From assembly GCA_030429735.1 (NCBI GenBank), contig JAUIET010000014.1:6252-70251 (forward strand): DNA of 64,000 nucleotides, written 5' to 3'. A model generated the notes under the pieces. That model was given only the letters and a program-made list of their open reading frames with translations. It made no database searches and was not told the DNA's origin. The stretch is from Gammaproteobacteria bacterium. Lineage in GTDB: Bacteria > Pseudomonadota > Gammaproteobacteria > Pseudomonadales > JAUIET01. Made by a program: the position numbers and the translations under genes. Numbering within the stretch: position 1 is the first letter of the stretch; each line of letters opens with the position of its first letter. This document shows, piece by piece, positions 42,918-53,600 of this stretch.

Positions 42918-44255
42918 ATGTCCGCCAACAAATCCACTGATTCCGGCAAAGTCGGTTTCGTTAGTCTCGGTTGTCCCAAGGCACTGGTTGACTCCGAACG
43001 CATACTGACTCAATTACGGATGGACGGTTACGAGGTTGTTCCAAGTTACCAGGACGCTGACGTCGTTGTGGTTAACACCTGTGGCTTTATTGATGCCGCC
43101 AAACAGGAGTCACTGGATGCAATTGGCGAGGCCATCGAGGAAAATGGCAAGGTCATCGTCACCGGGTGTCTAGGTGTTCAAGAACAGGATATTCGCGAAC
43201 AGCACCCACAGGTACTCGCAGTGACCGGACCTCAGGCCTATGAGCAAGTACTGGGCGCAGTTCATGACTTTATCCCGCCGCAGAAGCTGCATAAACCGTT
43301 CGAAGATCTGCTGCCGCCACAGGGTATCAAGCTGACACCAAGGCATTATGCGTATCTAAAAATTTCGGAAGGCTGTAATCATCGTTGCCGCTTCTGCATT
43401 ATTCCCGCAATGCGTGGCGACCTGGTGAGCCGACCCATCGGTGAGGTCATGCAGGAAGCCGAATGCCTGGTGCAATCCGGGGTAAAAGAATTGTTAGTTA
43501 TTTCTCAGGATACCAGTGCGTACGGCGTAGACCTCAAATACCGAACCGGATTCTGGAACGGACGACCACTGAAAACCCAGATGCAGGCATTGTGCGAGGC
43601 ATTGGCTGAGCTGGGTGTGTGGGTTCGTCTGCACTATGTGTACCCCTACCCGCATGTAGATCGTGTGATTCCTTTGATGAACGAGAATACGCTGCTGCCC
43701 TACCTCGATATCCCTTTTCAGCACGCCAGTCCACGAATTCTGAAATCGATGCGTCGACCGGCGCACAGCGAAAACACGCTCAAACGAATCGAGTCGTGGC
43801 GCAAGGAATGTCCTGACCTGACTATTCGCAGCACGTTTATCGTGGGCTTTCCTGGTGAAACCGAGGACGACTTCGAGCAGCTGCTGCAGTTCATGCGCGC
43901 CGCCCAACTTGATCGTGTTGGATGCTTCGAGTACTCGCCGGTGGAAGGCGCTGCGGCGAATGATTTGCCCGGCGCCGTGGAAGACGCTGTTAAGCAAGAG
44001 CGCTTTGAGCGATTTATGCAACTGCAAGCGGAGATCAGTGCACAACGCCTGCGGCAGAAAATTGGTCGTAGAATGAATGTTTTGATCGATGACGTTGGGA
44101 CTGATGGCCTGACGGGCAGAAGCCCGGCCGACGCGCCTGAAATTGATGGTCAGGTATTTATCGATGGCCGTAAGCAGTTCAGCGCTGGCGACTTCTGTCG
44201 CGTGGAAATAACCGGCACCGATGAACATGATCTGTTCGCCAAACATGTCGATTAG
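42918..44255 (+). CDS. rimO: ribosomal protein S12 methylthiotransferase
   Basis: [18 protein letters not shown], radical SAM motif CNHRCRFC and TRAM region DAPEIDG; AGGAG RBS. Confidence 0.97.
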   Translation: MSANKSTDSGKVGFVSLGCPKALVDSERILTQLRMDGYEVVPSYQDADVVVVNTCGFIDAAKQESLDAIGEAIEENGKVIVTGCLGVQEQDIREQHPQVLAVTGPQAYEQVLGAVHDFIPPQKLHKPFEDLLPPQGIKLTPRHYAYLKISEGCNHRCRFCIIPAMRGDLVSRPIGEVMQEAECLVQSGVKELLVISQDTSAYGVDLKYRTGFWNGRPLKTQMQALCEALAELGVWVRLHYVYPYPHVDRVIPLMNENTLLPYLDIPFQHASPRILKSMRRPAHSENTLKRIESWRKECPDLTIRSTFIVGFPGETEDDFEQLLQFMRAAQLDRVGCFEYSPVEGAAANDLPGAVEDAVKQERFERFMQLQAEISAQRLRQKIGRRMNVLIDDVGTDGLTGRSPADAPEIDGQVFIDGRKQFSAGDFCRVEITGTDEHDLFAKHVD

Positions 44256-44261
44256 CCACCG

Positions 44262-44975
44262 GTGAACACGCTTTTACTGGAAGATGAAGATTTCACGTCA
44301 GCACAGGTAGCAGTGATACGAGGCTGGCGCGCCGAGCACATGATTGCGACCGTTGGCGTGAGTACTGGAAGTGTAATTCGTTGTGGCAAAGTCGGAGGAT
44401 TGCTGGGCCAAGCCATCATTCGCAAGCGCAGCGCCAAGCAACTGGTGTTGGAATGTACGTTAGACTCAAATCCGCCGGCACCAAGTGCGATTGAGCTTGT
44501 TTGCGCGCTCCCCAGACCCAAAATGCTGCGCAGAATTGTACGCACCAGCGCCGAATTAGGGGTAAAGCGCCTGGTGTTCATCAATAGTTTCAGAGTTGAA
44601 AAAAGCTACTGGCAGAGCCCAATGCTCGCGCCAGACAAGTTGAGGGAATTTTGCATTGAAGGCCTGCAGCAAGCCGGCGACACCGTAATGCCCGAAGTCA
44701 CTGTGCAAAAAAGATTCAAACCGTATGTTGAAGATCAACTGCCGGGCATCATCGGCAGCAAACAGGCGATTCTGGGGCATCCGCGTGCACCTGCATTCCC
44801 ACCCTCGGCGGCGCCCGCTGCCTGTCTGCTTGCCGTGGGCCCAGAGGGTGGTTTTATTGACTATGAAATCGATGCACTACAGAGCGCTGGGTTCTCAGCG
44901 TACCGCTTTTCCGAGCGCGTCATGCGTTGCGACACAGTCATACCATTTTTGATCGCCCGCTTGACCGGCAATTAG
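44262..44975 (+). CDS. rsmE: 16S rRNA m3U1498 methyltransferase (RsmE family)
   Basis: ALPRPK, ELGV, EGLQQAGDT and VGPEGGF SPOUT motifs. Confidence 0.88.
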   Translation: MNTLLLEDEDFTSAQVAVIRGWRAEHMIATVGVSTGSVIRCGKVGGLLGQAIIRKRSAKQLVLECTLDSNPPAPSAIELVCALPRPKMLRRIVRTSAELGVKRLVFINSFRVEKSYWQSPMLAPDKLREFCIEGLQQAGDTVMPEVTVQKRFKPYVEDQLPGIIGSKQAILGHPRAPAFPPSAAPAACLLAVGPEGGFIDYEIDALQSAGFSAYRFSERVMRCDTVIPFLIARLTGN

Positions 44976-44985
44976 CAACGCCAGC

Positions 44986-45786
44986 TCATTGCTTTTCGCT
45001 GCCTTGCTCAAAGCCCTGTTCAAACTCTTCCATCCCCTCGCTCATGCCTTTGAAGAATTCGCCGAGTTTACGGCCAGCTTCTTCCGGCGACATTTCGTCG
45101 AGGTTTTCCAGTTCTTTCAGGCTTCCCTCCATACTTTTACCGATGCTCTCCGCAGCGTCTTCATATTTCTCCATGTTGCTCTCTATTTTGCGCATGGCAA
45201 TCTCGCCAGACACCTGCATAAACAACATAATTGCAGCGAGAATACCAATGACCATTCGCGCTGTTTCCTGCTTTATCTTGTGCACTTCAACAGAGGCGTT
45301 GTACATTAAATACATACCCCACAGCACGCCAACTATCGTGCCTATATAGGGAATCAGGCCTAAAACACCCATTATTGGATAGATTGCCGTTGCATAGGCG
45401 ACACATCGATAGGCTGTTTCGTAATCATAGTCGGAGCCCATCAGCTTCCAGATAACGAACATAATCAACGCAGCGATAAAACTGCCGATCACCGCCATGA
45501 TGGGCATCATGATGAAAGACCCCATGCCAACGGCCATGGCGCCCAGGCCGCTGCCACCAAACAAGGCCACCAAAGTCATTAAAACGCCTATCACAGCGCC
45601 CATAACCGCAACAAAAATAGCGGGTTCTGCAAAGCCGCCTGTGGTCGGCATCGTTCGGTAAAAGCCGGCCGGGTCGGTCAGTACGGCTTTCGCATCCTCA
45701 ATTACCTTGTTCAGACTAAAGCCGGAGTCCTGTGGAGCCGGCGCCTCTTCATTAGCGGGCTGCTGATTGTTTGTTTCATCGTTCAT
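44986..45786 (-). CDS. Yip1 family membrane protein
   Basis: VLTDPAGFY motif, five TM segments, acidic C-terminal tail; GAGGA RBS. Confidence 0.8.
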   Translation of the reverse strand: MNDETNNQQPANEEAPAPQDSGFSLNKVIEDAKAVLTDPAGFYRTMPTTGGFAEPAIFVAVMGAVIGVLMTLVALFGGSGLGAMAVGMGSFIMMPIMAVIGSFIAALIMFVIWKLMGSDYDYETAYRCVAYATAIYPIMGVLGLIPYIGTIVGVLWGMYLMYNASVEVHKIKQETARMVIGILAAIMLFMQVSGEIAMRKIESNMEKYEDAAESIGKSMEGSLKELENLDEMSPEEAGRKLGEFFKGMSEGMEEFEQGFEQGSEKQ

Positions 45787-45843
45787 GACAAGTCCTCATT
45801 ATTGAAAAACACCCAAAGTGGGGTTCTCACAAACAGTGTGATT

Positions 45844-46494
45844 TCAATTTGCTGCGGCCACATCCGGTAGACACGCCCCAGTACCACCAAGTCCACAATA
45901 ACCCCCGGGATTCTTGGCCAGATATTGCTGATGATACTCCTCTGCGTAGAAGAATTCAGGCGCATCCAGAATTTCGGTGGTGATTTCCGGGTAGCCCTGC
46001 TCAGTCAGCACCTGTTGATAGGCCTGTTTACTGGCTTCTGCCGCTTGCCTGTGCGCTTCCAGACTGGTGTAAATGCCACTGCGGTACTGAGTGCCCGCAT
46101 CATTGCCCTGCCGCATACCCTGGGTTGGATTATGCGATTCCCAGAACACCTTTAGCAAATCTTCAAACCGGCATACATCCGGATCGAAAACCACCAACAC
46201 TACCTCATTATGCCCAGTCTGGCCGGAACACACCTCTTGATAACTCGGGTTTGGCGTATACCCTGCCGCATAACCAACGGCGGTGGTATACACGCCGTCA
46301 ACAGTCCAGAATTTCCGCTCAGCACCCCAAAAGCAGCCCATGCCAAACATAACTTGCTGAAGGTGATCTGGGAACGGACCCCGCAGTGGCGCCCCGTTGA
46401 CGAAATGCTGCTCTGGCACAGCCATTGGCTCGGATCGACCTGGAAGCGCCTGCTCCCTACTTGGCATTGTGGACTTTTTGTTCAAACCAAACAT
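45844..46494 (-). CDS. msrA: peptide-methionine (S)-S-oxide reductase
   Basis: [33 protein letters not shown] and GYCG motifs. Confidence 0.97.
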   Translation of the reverse strand: MFGLNKKSTMPSREQALPGRSEPMAVPEQHFVNGAPLRGPFPDHLQQVMFGMGCFWGAERKFWTVDGVYTTAVGYAAGYTPNPSYQEVCSGQTGHNEVVLVVFDPDVCRFEDLLKVFWESHNPTQGMRQGNDAGTQYRSGIYTSLEAHRQAAEASKQAYQQVLTEQGYPEITTEILDAPEFFYAEEYHQQYLAKNPGGYCGLGGTGACLPDVAAAN

Positions 46495-46512
46495 GGTGTT
46501 TCTCCCCGGTAT

Positions 46513-47766
46513 TTAATTGACATTCAACCTTTTAGTGGCGGGTAGCACAAGGCTCGCCAGGCAAGCGCCGGAAATCAGGCACAGCAAGGCGATCATTAGC
46601 TTGCTATATACACTGAATGCAAGCAACAGGCTGCATAACATCATGAGGACAAGCCGCGCGGTTTCAAGCCCGTAGCCAAGCCATCTGTTCTCTAACATCA
46701 GGCCAAGTGCCGTATACCCCAGGGCACACAGTGCAAAGCCGAGCCAGAGCTGGCCAGCCTCCAGTTGAGCCGCCGCGAATGACAAGTAGCTGGCCAAGCC
46801 CAGCAGCAAAACAAACTGCACAGCAACGTAGTATTTTACGTCACGGGCAACGGCTGGGTCATACTTCTGCCACTCGCTTTTATCCGCAGCTGCCAGACTG
46901 GGAGTTGATTGCGCGCCCTGCTCTGCCAGCAAGCCATGCAATTGCCCGGGCGATGCCATCAGCACACTCGCCTTTTGCCGCCAACTAAGCGCGCGTGCGG
47001 CCCGCCACATATCGACGTAGATGTGTGCGTTTGCCCACAACGGATTCCAGCTGTGCAGCGGCTGACTTAACCCAAACCGTGGCTTTTCTTGGCCGGTTTC
47101 CTCACAAAAAGTCCCAAACACGCGGTCCCAGAGTATAAACACGCCGCCGTAATTACGGTCCAGATATCGACGATTGCTGGCGTGATGCACGCGATGATTT
47201 GACGGCGTTACCAGCACTTTATCAAGAACACCCAGACGCCCAATATGTTCAGTATGCACCCAAAACTGGTACAATAGATTCACCGCCGCAATGGAGTAAT
47301 ACATGTCCGGCGGGCAGCCCAGCAAAAACAAGGGGATAAAAAACACCCAACTGCATAAGAATCCGGTACCGGTCTGTCGAAGAGCAGTGCTCAAGTTAAA
47401 CTCTTCGCTTTGATGATGGGCCACATGCGAGGCCCAGAATAAGCTACGCTCATGGCTGATTCGATGAAACCAGTAATAGCAGACATCGTAGGCAATAAAG
47501 CCAACAATCCACGCCCACCAGGTCGATGGCCATTGAATCATGTCCAATGCGCCCGCAATCGCGTCAAACAGGCGCACGCTCGCATCAAAAAATAGCAGCT
47601 TACCGAGAGTGCGCAGCGACCCTAAGCTGAGGCTGTTCACGGTGTCGTTCAGACGATACGTATCGCGGCCCCGGGCCATCCCGTAGGCATATTCTACGAG
47701 CATCAGAAACACAAAGGCAGGAATGGCGAGAGTAACTAGGTCCACAGGTGCCAGTATATCCTCCAT
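46513..47766 (-). CDS. fatty acid hydroxylase/sterol desaturase family, alkylglycerol monooxygenase-like
   Basis: His boxes HRISH, HVAHH, HTEH and HRVHH; NLSTALRQ; NYGGVFILWDRVFGT; extra C-terminal TM helices. Confidence 0.85.
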   Translation of the reverse strand: MEDILAPVDLVTLAIPAFVFLMLVEYAYGMARGRDTYRLNDTVNSLSLGSLRTLGKLLFFDASVRLFDAIAGALDMIQWPSTWWAWIVGFIAYDVCYYWFHRISHERSLFWASHVAHHQSEEFNLSTALRQTGTGFLCSWVFFIPLFLLGCPPDMYYSIAAVNLLYQFWVHTEHIGRLGVLDKVLVTPSNHRVHHASNRRYLDRNYGGVFILWDRVFGTFCEETGQEKPRFGLSQPLHSWNPLWANAHIYVDMWRAARALSWRQKASVLMASPGQLHGLLAEQGAQSTPSLAAADKSEWQKYDPAVARDVKYYVAVQFVLLLGLASYLSFAAAQLEAGQLWLGFALCALGYTALGLMLENRWLGYGLETARLVLMMLCSLLLAFSVYSKLMIALLCLISGACLASLVLPATKRLNVN

Positions 47767-47953
47767 CCAACTGCCGGATCAGGTCATTAGAGGTCAGGGC
47801 CGCGCATAAAAACCGGCAACGGACTCCATAACGTGCACAGATCGCATTATCAACAGACCAACAGCCTGGTCCGGCCGAACACGCGTATTCGTGACTATAC
47901 TGAACCGGTAGACCACCATGGACTGGGGTCGTAAATAGCGCGTGGGGATAACA

Positions 47954-50044
47954 ATGCGTTTTCTATGGGGAGCAATATCAGCACACATGCTGCGGACCTT
48001 GGTCGGCACGGTCTGCTGTGTGACAAGCGCCCAAGCTCTGTGTTCTTCAATGGCGTTCGACGATCTGGCAGATCTCAGTCTGGAAGAACTGATGTCCATC
48101 GATATCAGCACGGTCGACGAAAAAGCACACAATGCCTTAAGCCAGGCATCTGCAGGCTATACCATTACCCGACAAGCCATCCAGCGCAGTGGACGGCGCA
48201 GTATTCCCGAAATTTTGCGAATGGCTCCCGGCGTTCATGTTGGGCGCGTTGACAACAATAAATGGGCCGTTAGCTTACGTGGCTTCAACGGGCGCTTTTC
48301 CAACAAGTATCTGGTACTGCTTGACGGCAGATCCATGTATTCACGCTCATTGCCCGGTATTAACTGGCAGCAGATTGATACGATCATTGAAGACATAGAT
48401 CGTATCGATATTATCCGAGGACCCGGTGCGTCGTTGTGGGGTTCGAATGCAGTCAATGGGGTCATCAATATCGTCACGCGTTCAGCGCGCGAAACGCAAG
48501 GCCTGCTGCTGGCACTGAGCAGCGGTAGCAGCACCGACAGCGAAACACTGTTTCGTTACGGCACGACGCTGGGTAATAGCACGCATTTGCGAGTCTACGG
48601 CAAACATGTTGAGCTTGACGCATTCGAAGACGTTAATGGCCGTTCAGCGCACGATGAAAACAGACGCACCTTGATCGGTTTCCGTAGTGATCGCCAAACC
48701 AATGACAAGAGCAGCCTCACTATCAGCGCCGAGTATTCTCAAAGTCACCCGGATGAGCTGTTTGCCAGTGTTAACTTCGATGAATTGGCGTTACAGGTAA
48801 TGCCAACCACAAACAGAATTACCACACACCACGTACTTACGCATTGGACGACACGGCTGACAGAAAAAAACCAGATAGGCTTGCAGCTCTACTACGACCG
48901 CGAAGAGCGTGACACCGCCTTGCAGGTGCTTGAACGCGAAACGATTGATTTTGATTTCAAGCAACATCTTACGCTGGGCAATAGACACAGCTGGGTGTGG
49001 GGGTTTGGGTACCGCGTGTCTCACGATGAACTGAGCAACACCAATCTACTGACCGCATACCCCAACAATCTCAGCGTCAAAGTCGCACAGGCCTTCGTGC
49101 AAGATGAGATCCAGGTAACTTCCAATATAAGTGTTTTGCTTGGCGCAAAAATTGAAGACAACAGCTTCAGTAATATTGAAGTGCAACCAAGCTTAAAACT
49201 CAGCGTTGATACGGGCCAGGCACACCATAGCTGGGCATCGGTTTCCAAGGCGGTTCGCACGCCAACTCGGGTGGGCACCCAGGTACGCATTGATATTCCA
49301 AGCCTGTTGCTTGAACCCGGCACAGCTCTCAATGCATTCCCGCTGCCGCTGCTCGCCGAACTCGCGGGGAATGATTCACTGGAATCAGAACAATTACTGG
49401 CCTATGAACTAGGACATAAGTGGCAACCAAGCAGTACATTTTATATTGATCTGGCGCTGTTCTATAACGATTACAAGAAGCTCAATGGAACTGAATTCAG
49501 CGGTCTGCTGTGCCAACCGGGTAACACACTGTTCGCTGACGACCCAAGCTGCTTGGGCACTGCGCGCTTCCTGGAAACGCCACTGATGTTTAACAACAGC
49601 GTCAGCGGAAATACCAGCGGTGGTGAACTGGTTCTTTACAGGCAATTTACGGATCATCTGGAAAGCGAATTCAATGCCAGCTACATCAGCTATGACCTTG
49701 AATCCACATCGATTGGTTTTCTAAACGAACTGGCCGATGTTCGTAATCCAAAACTGCTGGCAAACCTTAAACTGAGTTATCAGGCCAGCGAGCGCTGGAA
49801 TCTCGATCTCTGGTTTCGTCACGTTGGTAAAATAGAGGGTTTTGGCCCACTCGGAAACGGCTTTGCCAGTTACACTGCACTGGACCTGCGCGCGGCACTG
49901 CAGTTCAACAAATTCCTGCAATTTGAGTTTGCAGCAGCCAACCTCACCGATGCGGACCACCTCGAAGAGAGCAGCGAGTTAGGGGAAGTTGAAAGTCAAC
50001 CGATTCCCAGAACGCTGCGCGCCACGATCAAAATACTGTTTTAG
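47954..50044 (+). CDS. TonB-dependent receptor (YfiR-operon type)
   Basis: LADLSLEELM, LRMAPG, LVLLDGRS and RIDIIRGPGASLWGSNAVNGVINI plug motifs; C-terminal Phe. Start ATG 47954 or GTG 47942. Confidence 0.92.
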   Translation: MRFLWGAISAHMLRTLVGTVCCVTSAQALCSSMAFDDLADLSLEELMSIDISTVDEKAHNALSQASAGYTITRQAIQRSGRRSIPEILRMAPGVHVGRVDNNKWAVSLRGFNGRFSNKYLVLLDGRSMYSRSLPGINWQQIDTIIEDIDRIDIIRGPGASLWGSNAVNGVINIVTRSARETQGLLLALSSGSSTDSETLFRYGTTLGNSTHLRVYGKHVELDAFEDVNGRSAHDENRRTLIGFRSDRQTNDKSSLTISAEYSQSHPDELFASVNFDELALQVMPTTNRITTHHVLTHWTTRLTEKNQIGLQLYYDREERDTALQVLERETIDFDFKQHLTLGNRHSWVWGFGYRVSHDELSNTNLLTAYPNNLSVKVAQAFVQDEIQVTSNISVLLGAKIEDNSFSNIEVQPSLKLSVDTGQAHHSWASVSKAVRTPTRVGTQVRIDIPSLLLEPGTALNAFPLPLLAELAGNDSLESEQLLAYELGHKWQPSSTFYIDLALFYNDYKKLNGTEFSGLLCQPGNTLFADDPSCLGTARFLETPLMFNNSVSGNTSGGELVLYRQFTDHLESEFNASYISYDLESTSIGFLNELADVRNPKLLANLKLSYQASERWNLDLWFRHVGKIEGFGPLGNGFASYTALDLRAALQFNKFLQFEFAAANLTDADHLEESSELGEVESQPIPRTLRATIKILF

Positions 50045-50048
50045 CGCG

Positions 50049-50648
50049 ATGGCTCCATTCTCGCGTCAATGCGCTCCCAGCCTTGCACTAGCTGCAGCCT
50101 TGATGCTTGTGCAACTGGCCAACCCGGTTGCCGCGGAAATCAAGAACGAGCATAAGGTGAAAGCAGCCATTGTCTACAAGCTGTTGCGCTACATAAGCTG
50201 GCCTGACCCTGCATCCAGCAGTGACACGATCAGATTGTGCGTTGACTCGAATGACCCTTATTACACAGCATTTTCCGACCTTGATGGACGCCATGTGCGC
50301 GATCAAAAAATTGTTCTGAAAGTCTTGCCAGAGCCAGTGGTGGTTGACGCATGCCACATCGCATTTACATCGGCAGAGCGCGATCGCACCGCCAATTCTC
50401 TAATCGCGCAAGCGGGGAAAGGTGTACTTACTGTTAGTGACTCCAGTCAGTTTGCTGAACATGGCGGCATGATTAACCTGCTTGTAGAGAACAATCGAGT
50501 ACGCTTCAAGATTAACCCTCAGGCTGCGTATAAATCGGATCTCAGGATAAACTCCTCCTTGCTAAGACTGGCTGAAGTTGTAGAAACGGATAGCAAGCCT
50601 TCTAAAACCGCTATTAACCTGCACGTTGATTCGGGGGCTTTCGAATGA
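50049..50648 (+). CDS. YfiR family periplasmic protein
   Basis: Signal peptide from ATG 50049; [40 protein letters not shown] and INSSLLRLA motifs. Confidence 0.88.
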   Translation: MAPFSRQCAPSLALAAALMLVQLANPVAAEIKNEHKVKAAIVYKLLRYISWPDPASSSDTIRLCVDSNDPYYTAFSDLDGRHVRDQKIVLKVLPEPVVVDACHIAFTSAERDRTANSLIAQAGKGVLTVSDSSQFAEHGGMINLLVENNRVRFKINPQAAYKSDLRINSSLLRLAEVVETDSKPSKTAINLHVDSGAFE

Positions 50649-53600
50649 GCCTGACCAAATCTAATCACTCGATTGCTGCAAAGCTTCACAGAATCGTGTT
50701 TTTTACTCTGGCAAGTTTGTTGTTCGCCGTGCTGGTCAGCAATCTGATTCTTGATGGCGCCAGTGAGCAGGCCGCAGTCAAGAAAAGGCTGCAGGCCGCT
50801 GCAAGCCTGGTTGCGGAAAACAGTGCAACAGCTATGTACTTCGATGATCGCTCCGAGGCGCAACGGGTACTGAACAGTCTCGACGCAGTGGCGGATATTC
50901 GCCAAGGCATTTTGTATGATGTCCACGGCCAGATCTATGCTGAGTTTCGCAAGAGTGACATGGTTGCAGACGATCAGCGCTTTACTGCCAGTACTCCGAT
51001 CGCCCCACTGGGGCGCTTTATAGATCGCAGTGTTACTGTCGACGTAACAATCGATGATATCGAGCTGGGTCAGCTGTACATTCAATCCGGGCTGAATGGC
51101 TTCAGGCAGGTTCTGCATTGGAACCTCAGACTGTCCGCTGCTATTTTTTTGATCATCATGTTGTTTGGCATTCGGATGTCGAATCGCTTGGAGCGAGCGA
51201 TAACCAACCCTATTCTTACCCTGGTCAAAGACATGAATGCATTGGCCAATTCCAGAAACTTCTCGTACCGGGTTGCCAAACACAGCGAAGACGAAACCGG
51301 TGATCTGGTAGACGGTTTTAATCGTCTCCTGGATCAAATTCAAGCGCGCGACGAGTCTCTTGCGGATCATCAGAAATCGCTTGAATCAACCGTAGAGCGA
51401 CGAACAAAAGAACTCAGCGCACTCAATGAACAATTGCATGACAATATGCGGATGCTCACTGAAGCAAAGGAACAGGCAGAGTCGGCCAGCGAGGCAAAGA
51501 GTGAATTTCTGGCCAATATGAGCCATGAAATAAGAACACCAATAAACGGTGTGCTGGGCATGACAGAATTGCTGCAGAACACACCGATGAATGACAAACA
51601 GCACTACTTCGCAGAAACCATTCACACGTCTGCAAAATCCTTGCTGAACATAATCAACGACATACTCGACTTCTCAAAAATCGAAGCGGGTTCATTGTCA
51701 ATGGAGTCCATACCGTTTCATTTCGGCCGTTTAATCGAAGATTGCGCCGCCATCATGGCCGGTCAGGCTCACAAGAAGAACATTGAACTGATCACTGACA
51801 TTCCCGCCGATGAACAGTTCATTGTTATGGGCGATCCGCATCGTCTGGGCCAGGTTCTCAATAACTTTATCAGCAACGCCATCAAGTTTACCGAAGAGGG
51901 TGAGGTTGTTGTTGCTCTTAATTCCCTACACAAGGAAGATGGCCTGCAAACCATTCAATGCCAGGTGTTCGATACCGGTATCGGTATGTCCGAAAGCGTG
52001 CTTGGTGAAATATTTGAGTCCTTCCGGCAAGCCGATGGGTCTACCACACGCCTTTATGGCGGCACTGGCTTGGGCTTGAGTATCACCAAGCAGTTGATTG
52101 AGCTGATGGGCGGTACTATTGAGGTGAGCAGCACACCCGGTATCGGTTCCACGTTTTCTTTCCAGCTGACATTGCCAGTGGCAGAAGGCAGTCACGATCT
52201 GGACGCCAACAATTTCAGCCTGGAAGGCTTGCACGTACTGATCGTTGACGATAACGAAACCAATCGAGACATTCTTGCGCATCTGGCATCAACCTGGAAA
52301 ATGTCGTTTGCAATCGCCGAGAATGGTCAGCAAGCGATAGACATTCTGGCCAGCCCGTCGGGGCAATATCTTGAACTGGTTCTGCTTGATCAAAACATGC
52401 CGTACATGGATGGTATTCAGGTTGCCGGTTGGATCGAACAAAACCTGCCACATCTAGCGGTAATAATGCTGTCGTCGATCGATGGTGTGGGTGATGAAAC
52501 TGCAGAACTCAGCTGCGTGTATTCAGCAATCACAAAACCGGTACGACACACCGAATTATTCAGTGCCATTGCCTCCCTGGTTGTTCAGCAAGAAGCCAGC
52601 GAAGAAATTCAGCAAGCGGAGGCTGTGCTGCCTGTTGCGCAGCATTATGACGGCAGAGACGCCAGATTATTGGTCGCAGAGGACAATCTGATCAATCAGG
52701 AAGTCGTGCTTGGCATGCTAGAACAGTTTGCATGCACGGTTGAGCTTGTTGAGAATGGTGCGGACGCACTAACCAGGCGTTTTGAAAAAGAATATGATCT
52801 TATCTTGATGGATTGCCAGATGCCGGTACTGGATGGCTACGCGGCAACTGAGCAAATACGACAGCAGGAAGTCGAGCAAGGCCTGGACGCCATACCTATT
52901 ATTGCACTTACGGCCAACGTCCTGAAGGGCGACCGTGAAAAATGCATCAATGCAGGCATGTCCGACTTCCTGAGTAAGCCGTTTGAACAGAATGACCTGT
53001 ACAGAGTGATTAACACCTGGTTGCCCGAGCAAGATCTTCGTCCGCGCAACGCTGCCAATGACGAGTTGGAGGACGAGACCCAAAGGCGTCTAGTTAGCTC
53101 CGTTGATGCAACGGCTATTGACAAATTGCGCACCCTGCAGCGCCCCGGACAACCTGACATTGTCAAGAAACTGGTTGGCAATTTTCTGGACACTATCGCG
53201 GCCAGTTTGTCTGATATCCAGGAAGCTTTTATTGATGGCGACGGCAATAGAATCCATCAGTACACGCACCCATTGAAATCAACTGCGGCCACTCTGGGCG
53301 CGCATCACCTGGCAGAACTGCTAACCCGAATAGATGACACTTGCCGACAAGGAAGTATTGCCGGCTGCTCGGTGCTGCTGCAAGACGTTGAGGAAGAAGT
53401 GCAGCTTGTGTGCAGCGAACTGGCACCCTATGCGACAAGCGAAGAAAAAAACACCGTCGTCGGTGATCACGCCACTACTGAGGCAGAGTCGCTTCCGTAT
53501 GCAGACAACGGTCTGGCTTTGATAGTTGATGATGATGCCAATATGCGCCTTGTCGCGCGGGGCGCGCTTGAAAACGCGCAATTCTCAGTGATTGAGGCCG

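Noticed and set aside
43494-44246. 250-aa antisense ORF
   Set aside because: Shadow of rimO with no recognisable motifs; the same applies to 39010..39669, 40107..40697 and 57802..58377.
47767-47953. Cobalamin riboswitch or Fur box upstream of the second TonB receptor
   Set aside because: No B12-box or GATAATGATAATCATTATC-like match recognised.
50519-51370. 283-aa antisense ORF
   Set aside because: Lies opposite the YfiR/kinase genes and shows no domain signal.
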